A stretch of DNA of 32,000 nt. Origin: an uncultured bacterium (GTDB taxonomy: Bacteria; Margulisbacteria; WOR-1; CAVSGV01). The position numbers and the translations under genes were made by a program. Shown one piece after another: positions 28,301 to 32,000 of this stretch. Every line of letters starts with the position of its first letter. The first letter of the stretch is position 1. The notes beneath the pieces were generated by a model. That model was not told the origin of the DNA. It did no database searches and was given only the letters and a program-made list of their open reading frames with translations. Where the stretch lies: the NCBI GenBank assembly GCA_963699255.1, contig OY969425.1:150001-182000 (forward strand), read 5' to 3'.

Positions 28301-30166
28301 GGACAGCGTGAGGTGGACAATCAGGCAGCCACATACGCCCTGAAGAGCGACGAGATCGAGGATGATTTTAGGACGAATCTATACAACGTTGAAATGGACA
28401 CCGTGGACTATGCTAAGGGGCTTACGAAGGAGCTGGCAAGAATGTGGAAGAACAGGAGAACAGAGGCTTACCAGAACACGCAGAGCTTCGCGAAGCAATT
28501 GGAGTCGATGAAATTGAGCAAGGCTCAGATGGACGCGCTTAACCAGGCATTTAAGAGCGACAGCGCTGAAGAATTCTTGAAGCAGCTGGCGTCAATAAAC
28601 GGGTTGAGCGATGCCCAGGTGAACGCGATAGAGCAAGCTTATGATAATTGCAAGCATGTTTCCGCCCTTGGCTCCTTTAAGGAAAGAATGGATGCATCAG
28701 CTGCGGTAGGGAAATTGGATCCGGCACAGAAGAAAGCGGTAATTGATGCGGCTAATAGCAGCACAAGCGTTAAAGACTTTGCGAAGAAATTGAACGCGAT
28801 ACAGGGATTAAGCTCTACTCAGAAGGACGCGTTAATTAACGCATTCGATCCGAAAATGAAGACCTTTGCGGACAAGATCGACGCGTCGCTGACGCTGAAT
28901 AATGATGATAAAAAGAGCGCGGTAAAGAATGCCTATGACCCGAACGTTAAGACCTGTATCAATAATGTATTAGCAATATCATCCCTGACCGATGCTGAAA
29001 AACTGACGGCGCTGCAGGCCATTGATCCGAAGATAAGTTCTTTTATAGACAATATGGGTCCGGCAGTGACCGATACCCAGAAGCTGTCCATAATGAAACA
29101 GTTCGATCCGAACGAGGTGGCTTTTAAGAAGAACGTTGATTCAATGGATGATATAACTCCGGTCCAAAAGAAGGATGTCATGAAGGCATTTCACATGGCA
29201 GTGATAGATAACAAAGACATAAAAAATCTGACCGATGCGGATAAGATAAAATCGATACAGGGCTTAAATCCGGCAATGAAGCATAAGATGGTCAAAGCTG
29301 TATATGACGCCCAGCATAAGGTCAGTCAGGCGAAAGATCTGATCAACCAAGCGAAGCAGCTGCCTTCCATCAATCAGGTGACGGGCGCCGGCACACAGGC
29401 GCAGTCCCAGGCGATCTCGACGCCGCCGGTGGCCCCGCAGGGAAAACAGTCAGCGAACACCTCCAATACACAGGCTATGCTGGATAAGCTCCTGAGCAGT
29501 TTTGATAAGAACATGCAGGAATTAAATGGTTTACAATCTCAGGTTGATAAGCTTAATGCCCAGACGACGGAAAAGCTGGACCCGAAAGAATTGTTGAAAA
29601 TACTTCAGCAGCAGTTGAAGGATGCGGGCGCGAAGATCGCCAACGAAAAGAAATTAATCGACACCATGAAGCAGGAGGTTGCAAAGACCCAGACAGCTCT
29701 TGCCACACAGGAACAGAACGTGCAAGAGGAAAGAGATAAACTTGTTAAAGCTATAAAGAAAGTGGATGATCAGATAAAAAAACTTGGTGAACTGGCCGCA
29801 AGATCCCCCGAGAATAAGAAGGTCATTGAAAATCAGTTGAACCAGTTGAATGACCAGCTTGAAGAAATGATGACATTATATAAATCGACGCAAGAAATGT
29901 ACGGTATTGCCCTGGGGACGGAAAAAGCCCTGGAGAATGAAATAAAGGATAAGGAAGGCAAGGTGGAGATACTTAAAGCGGAAGTTGTCAAGATCAAGGC
30001 GGATATAAACAATATACAGAAAGAGATCCTGGCGAAGAAAGCCGGCGGGGACAATAAGAATACGGCCAGCATCAATATCCAGACGCCGAAGATCACTTCA
30101 GAGACGCCAATGTTCAGCACAGGCGCTCCAACAGCCCCCAAAAAACAATACGCCTATACAGCATAG
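22304..30166 (+). CDS. giant (2620 aa) multi-module membrane-associated coiled-coil protein with an N-terminal transglutaminase-like cysteine-peptidase core; function unknown
   Basis: 7.86 kb frame with no stop, and a good RBS and promoter motif. Predicted features come from reading the translation. Hydrophobic segments lie at aa 1067-1099, 1645-1665, 1677-1696 and 1857-1879. Internal repeats and a C-terminal heptad-rich region (~aa 2390-2580) are also present. Confidence 0.85.
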   Translation: MPEINIQQVTDIPQTDATSDVAGGADVSAAYIASDVQTAPDVNASIGIDSVAVSSGVSTSQVGVGGAVEQEESSNYIQSDVETASQSGQLEYDMNSLAKINDSYKYIDPTASGIQSILANLYANGTINSGMSEEEVVLAINTYVFSNYSYIADTGDTWNSVSQTIKNGGGDCEDFANLAASLMTAALLDRGLSQEEINKKIDCVVVADPNTGLGHVYVQYTGDDGSIKYLDPVSARVTTSIDSSKVVLFSYSDENVDVIDENFDFSRLDTASYTIPADTATYIQVLPGEFQNYWESLLGMEDSAAHDNAIGIYQSLQDLINAVNAKYGSWDNGVTTTADLDTINAFLAKLDSNYIQDYDTVVKPFQDQYEAILTKLGVDTSPYNPDATAYSTAMLNYFTTMNTYIFAYCWHTTTYKEWSQSGKTMNGVSDDLIAIEYLKNGISTLEDFKAKHHDQIIETAADPTKGTAEVDWSNDYIYDNIYFKNPNGGNVCTVRQGLAAIQAYVSYVDATKTWNFMSLAYPGEARVAKYCGYADKYHTSFKTTNDYLASITSFLEQAEYGVGVLDKDLEELDSAIDVINADATVTDDQTNYNSADAKFNNCTDAAANDAVNLYWNGEADYLTSGNPDNSLLQVTDEKTRNANLEALYKQASSYDQGQMYAGSNQADVEAALEYYVEFKTADKALTEAKTTQATLRADFKAMYKNADGSEMSDADLDNVLNDYQSEYMSKDTDPSSTTYGYWEINQDASLFTEKIKEASMLKGYLTGISLIYEARRDLRKLVEEELEGEGDDYKAMEINKLFMKKVNKLTEYIQQTIVDVLSAINSLDQAKYDQDVSDINTKYDKKAEEIKKNDALKWYQFCEDDNTQEDLLKNDDARYGEINAADDKFKAVKEKQLNIVKHLLSETGMTVSGTTGDEIWASINKQINTSLDNMDNYSRATLNTSDDSQYREVDRNLVSSERASLLGVFGIQRMILIARQAGSDMRNLVHQEMTGIGGRQSRTDVAADMVSADSNMVMTWFDEAVSDIETITNLGNQIRYNEIQIEKNQKLIEKIDSQKSKRLWGHIFEALAFVAAVVAIWVPIVAVVAIAFGVVSAVLKASANKAVADEKAKLEKDYSYQVIKPTDPVFEKKLNAMSGLTDEQKKEILQNYDPNSTTFKGNLDKVSGLSAEQKDEILNAADPSRAAYEKTINADTSLTEKQKEALINAYDPNEEIFKKNLANLNASTSAPWYEFWKSDTPGLGLSDSQITMITDAYEGNTFMLSIDSSTILTEAQKKEIRNAYDKDRVTFESNLDSLGLSDDQISAVMKAYDEQTDNSANDKNYSDDNIINTALNSDNSTQDILWNMNDANYLSFMNDGHAGSYAGSSAFNTVKFASTLENIKANDLIVMVAESCRETMAEMRNLVHEEMTSIGGRSPSSMVTATMEAARGQEAFIANEMYMKLWDMNTSNNQRFERDQKLRLYQQMADEADVTFGLSFIPIVGGPVGDFYSNLSGMKDQRNQLEETSNEKFDANPDLEEADLNALVEDGLINTGNDTKGVNYEKVSNARTAVAKEFIKESVEATIKKTLHELRSIAHMEMTNIQSSTGTDFASQANIVNFTSALETISLVTQYLTQKAEIMNRVTEANQSISKLNKQITNYEIGGGIALAVAIVVSVFMPGGFDSVLAALDTLQLASSVGSFVLGVFSTINAWIEAKFAAQLAKDDMGDVAEYLEIQDMNNENIDSTQNRLEALEQNSINEINASLLQDLGSGYIGVNKALSSEFKTLIEQLYRAERSQSEIQQTLEALRNTVHEAMTGISGVSSNATMSILDMKEKAIKAKIDDMFSKLEEVATRWNQISDAQRAAEKARMQAWTTTLSTIIQGIIIAISLYSAFGKEPAAKDKVDAAQNDVDSAQTPDELDAAEGELRDAQADYQALQSRVALYTNVCLPAAEILIKLAMAFIEKDEMQGVQKTREEEVSNAGVTKVTKDAGETVKEGVAGAGLNGFAARGQAVAGQREVDNQAATYALKSDEIEDDFRTNLYNVEMDTVDYAKGLTKELARMWKNRRTEAYQNTQSFAKQLESMKLSKAQMDALNQAFKSDSAEEFLKQLASINGLSDAQVNAIEQAYDNCKHVSALGSFKERMDASAAVGKLDPAQKKAVIDAANSSTSVKDFAKKLNAIQGLSSTQKDALINAFDPKMKTFADKIDASLTLNNDDKKSAVKNAYDPNVKTCINNVLAISSLTDAEKLTALQAIDPKISSFIDNMGPAVTDTQKLSIMKQFDPNEVAFKKNVDSMDDITPVQKKDVMKAFHMAVIDNKDIKNLTDADKIKSIQGLNPAMKHKMVKAVYDAQHKVSQAKDLINQAKQLPSINQVTGAGTQAQSQAISTPPVAPQGKQSANTSNTQAMLDKLLSSFDKNMQELNGLQSQVDKLNAQTTEKLDPKELLKILQQQLKDAGAKIANEKKLIDTMKQEVAKTQTALATQEQNVQEERDKLVKAIKKVDDQIKKLGELAARSPENKKVIENQLNQLNDQLEEMMTLYKSTQEMYGIALGTEKALENEIKDKEGKVEILKAEVVKIKADINNIQKEILAKKAGGDNKNTASINIQTPKITSETPMFSTGAPTAPKKQYAYTA
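22630..23030 (+). other. transglutaminase-like / BTLCP-like Cys-His-Asp core within the giant ORF
   Basis: DTWNSVSQTIKNGGGDCEDFANLAASL (Cys172, nt 22817-22819), GLGHVYVQY (His215, nt 22946-22948) and KYLDPV (Asp231, nt 22994-22996). Order and spacing fit the transglutaminase-like protease fold. Confidence 0.55.
25693..26250 (+). repeat. protein-level repeat array A (~6 units of ~28-30 aa, consensus gLSxxQKxxIxNAYDPNxxxFxxNL)
   Basis: Example units: MSGLTDEQKKEILQNYDPNSTTFKGNLDKV / SGLSAEQKDEILNAADPSRAAYEKTINAD / TSLTEKQKEALINAYDPNEEIFKKNLANL / TILTEAQKKEIRNAYDKDRVTFESNLDS. Confidence 0.8.
28487..29320 (+). repeat. protein-level repeat array B (~9 units of the same repeat family as array A)
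   Basis: Example units: QGLSSTQKDALINAFDPKMKTFADKIDAS / LTLNNDDKKSAVKNAYDPNVKTCINNVLAI / SSLTDAEKLTALQAIDPKISSFIDNMGPA / VTDTQKLSIMKQFDPNEVAFKKNVDSM. Confidence 0.8.
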
Positions 30167-30321
30167 GCCTGCAACCGCGAACATCAGCATTGTCTATCTC
30201 TTTAGGACCTGCAACAGAATCACGGCAATCGTCGGTATCTAGTGTCGGCTCCACATGACAGATTGCCGATGAACCATACATATAATATGATCTCTTTTTG
30301 TGTTAAAATCCTGGATCAGCA

Positions 30322-31020
30322 ATGGGCAGAGTATTGACATATATTTATTCGGTGATCTTTTGGGCATATCTTCTGCTCTTCTTCACACTGGTGCCGCTCT
30401 TCGCCCTGCCGTTCTCCTTGATATTCGGGCTGAAGCGGTCTTTCAGGACTTTTTTCAAGATATTCGTCAAATTCGGGCTGTTCATTTTAGGCTGTTTTCC
30501 GTCCGTTGAGGGGCTTGAGAACATGCCCCGGGGCAAAAATGTCATCCTTGTATCAAATCACCCCAGCTTCATGGACCCGTTCCTTCTTAACGCGGCCCTG
30601 CCCGGGTTCTACAATTTCATAGTTTCAGCCAGATTGCTTGATAATCCTTATTCAATGGTGGCAATAAGGGGCGCAGGCCTTGTGGTGAAGCGCTACGGAC
30701 ATTCCCTGTATGGTTCAAGCGCGATGATCAGGACCGTGAAAGCCATAAATGCCGGCGACTCGTTCATTCTGTTCCCGTCCGAGCGCGCCATTCTAGGAGG
30801 CCGCATCGATAAGATAAACCCCGGCTTTTATAAGGTGATTGAGGATGCGAGTGCAGTCATCCTGCCTGTGTTCATCAAGCAGGAAATAAGGTTCACATTT
30901 ATACGGAAGCCGTTCAAGGCAAAAGTGGTCATCGGAAAGCCGCTGGATAAACATAATGTACTATATGTAAGAGACAACGCCATTAAACAGGCAGTAGAAT
31001 TTCTAGGGCAACAAGTGTAA
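30322..31020 (+). CDS. lysophospholipid/1-acylglycerol-3-phosphate acyltransferase family (LPLAT, PlsC-like)
   Basis: 232 aa. The hydrophobic N-terminus is followed by the HX4D motif NHPSFMD. FPSER stands in the place of the usual FPEGTR block. Confidence 0.65.
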   Translation: MGRVLTYIYSVIFWAYLLLFFTLVPLFALPFSLIFGLKRSFRTFFKIFVKFGLFILGCFPSVEGLENMPRGKNVILVSNHPSFMDPFLLNAALPGFYNFIVSARLLDNPYSMVAIRGAGLVVKRYGHSLYGSSAMIRTVKAINAGDSFILFPSERAILGGRIDKINPGFYKVIEDASAVILPVFIKQEIRFTFIRKPFKAKVVIGKPLDKHNVLYVRDNAIKQAVEFLGQQV

Positions 31021-31067
31021 CCCGCCTGTGTCTAAAACCCCTTCTGTCCCTCGTTAATGCTCGGGAC

Positions 31068-31125
31068 ATCTCCCCCTTAGTAAGGGGGAGATACAGAGGG
31101 GGTTATTAAGCCCTCTTATTCTTAT
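31068..31125 (+). terminator. two consecutive hairpins followed by T-rich sequence after the acyltransferase gene
   Basis: ATCTCCCCCTTA-G-TAAGGGGGAGAT (31068-31092, 12-bp arms), then AGAGGG-N10-CCCTCT (31095-31116), then tattcttatttat. Confidence 0.45.
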
Positions 31126-31175
31126 TTATCCGCCTTATGCCGTTTGCTGAAAGCCTTATTCTACAAGCTAAATCC

Positions 31176-31212
31176 CATGCAAGTTTTACCCCTCTTCTTA
31201 CGAATAATACAG
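31176..31212 (+). promoter_or_regulatory. sigma-28-like promoter copy 3 (CATGCAAGTTTT-N13-CGAATAATACAG)
   Basis: Exact 12-mer with 13-nt spacing. The box starts 27 nt before ATG 31228. Confidence 0.55.
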
Positions 31213-31227
31213 TGTAGGGGAGCTAAG

Positions 31228-31428
31228 ATGCCACAAAACGAAACTAATGGTGTACAACAGTCTCAAAATAAGCAACAGGAAAATCCTGCTGCGAAGAAAG
31301 TTATGGCAAATCAACCAAACAGAATGGCGAAGCCATCCGATGAGAGGTCGGATCAGCCGGACCTGAACATTACCGCACGGGTGGAACTTGAAGGCATGAA
31401 GCCGCCCATTGCCAACTGTATTGTCTGA
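31228..31428 (+). CDS. hypothetical 66-aa Gln/Asn/Pro-rich (probably disordered) protein
   Basis: ATG 31228 is preceded by GGGGAG, and I prefer it to the tracked TTG start at 31144 because the promoter motif lies at 31176. Sequence: MPQNETNGVQQSQNKQQENPAAKK... Confidence 0.45.
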   Translation: MPQNETNGVQQSQNKQQENPAAKKVMANQPNRMAKPSDERSDQPDLNITARVELEGMKPPIANCIV

Positions 31429-31442
31429 GGAGCACAAAAGCA

Positions 31443-31763
31443 ATGAACGCGATAACCGGCATAAATAAACAGATAAACCCCAACCAGGGTGTTGGGGTAA
31501 ATCCGACAACACAGCCCCAGAAGAGCGAGGGCAAAACGAATAATTCAGGCATAAATTTTAACAATGTATTTGAGATCGTGAGAAGGAGCCTTGACGGGGT
31601 TATGGTGGTGGCGGAGAACAACAGGACGGGCGGCGCTGATTTCAGGAAGGAAAAGCTGGAGATAGAGGAAAAGAGGAAGTTCAAGACCGACCTTGAAGAA
31701 GCCCAGGAGATACTGAACCAGATAGCAAAGGTCATGGAAAAGCACGGCAAAGCTGTAAAGTAA
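31443..31763 (+). CDS. hypothetical 106-aa protein (polar N-terminal half, charged helical C-terminal half)
   Basis: ORF with RBS GAGGAG, 14 nt after the previous stop. No family recognised. Confidence 0.5.
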   Translation: MNAITGINKQINPNQGVGVNPTTQPQKSEGKTNNSGINFNNVFEIVRRSLDGVMVVAENNRTGGADFRKEKLEIEEKRKFKTDLEEAQEILNQIAKVMEKHGKAVK

Positions 31764-31767
31764 AATC

Positions 31768-31804
31768 GCATGCAAGTTTTGTGCCGGTCGTTACGATAGA
31801 TATA
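31768..31804 (+). promoter_or_regulatory. sigma-28-like promoter copy 4 (CATGCAAGTTTT-N13-CGATAGATATAG)
   Basis: Exact 12-mer with 13-nt spacing. The box starts 51 nt before ATG 31844. Confidence 0.55.
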
Positions 31805-31843
31805 GTGGAAGACAAAATTATAAAAATAAGGAGGTGAAATAAT

Positions 31844-32000
31844 ATGAGTTACGGAGCAGAATACGCGACCAAGAAAACGGGGGAAAATATATTAGACAAT
31901 GCTCTTACAGTGGCAGGTGACGGAGTCGATGACATCGCGCACGTTTTGGCCGATGTTGAAGCGAACGGCGGTAAGATCAATAACGGCAACGGCCAGTCAG
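31844..32000 (+). CDS. hypothetical protein, 5' part only (runs off the window)
   Basis: My own translation: a strong RBS AAGGAGGTG sits 7 nt upstream of the ATG, followed by MSYGAEYATKKTGENILDNALTVAGDGVDDIAHVLADVEANGGKINNGNGQS with no stop before the window end. It is not in the supplied track. Confidence 0.5.
   Translation, partial: MSYGAEYATKKTGENILDNALTVAGDGVDDIAHVLADVEANGGKINNGNGQS

Noticed and set aside
30263-30310. Sigma-70-type promoter for the acyltransferase (TTGCCG ... TATAAT / TAAAAT)
   Set aside because: The spacing between the candidate -35 and -10 hexamers is 12-14 nt, well short of the 16-18 nt optimum, so I cannot support a specific call.

Overview
The window comes from an unidentified bacterium; it contains no rRNA or other taxonomic marker. 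Positions ~1150-19909 are compact and mostly housekeeping. A minus-strand block holds a pmbA-like gene, pta, a DEDDh exonuclease, a DUF362 Fe-S protein, a C-N hydrolase and a family-4 UDG. A plus-strand block holds a frameshifted cimA-type synthase, lysA, cdaA, panB, tRNA-Arg(CCT), aroK, aroB, tyrS, ispF, pdxJ, rpiB and a sugar-phosphate nucleotidyltransferase. The pdxJ frame runs without a stop into an SLH/coiled-coil/beta-barrel OmpM-type protein. From 19910 to the right edge the character changes. Apart from an LPLAT-type acyltransferase (30322..31020), the ORFs there match no family I recognise, and they are dominated by a 2620-aa (7.86 kb) ORF. That ORF has an acidic N-terminus with no signal peptide and a transglutaminase-like Cys-His-Asp core. 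It also has five copies of a ~100-aa module (conserved MRNLVHxEMTxIGG-type motif, long helix, hydrophobic segment), about 15 copies of a ~28-30-aa 'LSxxQKxxIxNAYDPN' repeat in two arrays, and a long C-terminal coiled coil. Four near-identical copies of a bipartite promoter-like motif (CATGCAAGTTTT-N13-CGAWAKAT) and two degenerate copies precede these genes; one degenerate copy precedes the repeat-containing ORF at 6854. The motif resembles the sigma-28 (FliA/SigD) consensus. This promoter-marked island around the giant multi-module membrane protein is my best candidate for an undescribed system. Its function is unknown and every functional idea below is inference. I saw no CRISPR array, transposase, integrase or rRNA. 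Two ORFs run off the window edges and are missing from the supplied track (1..902 minus; 31844..32000 plus).
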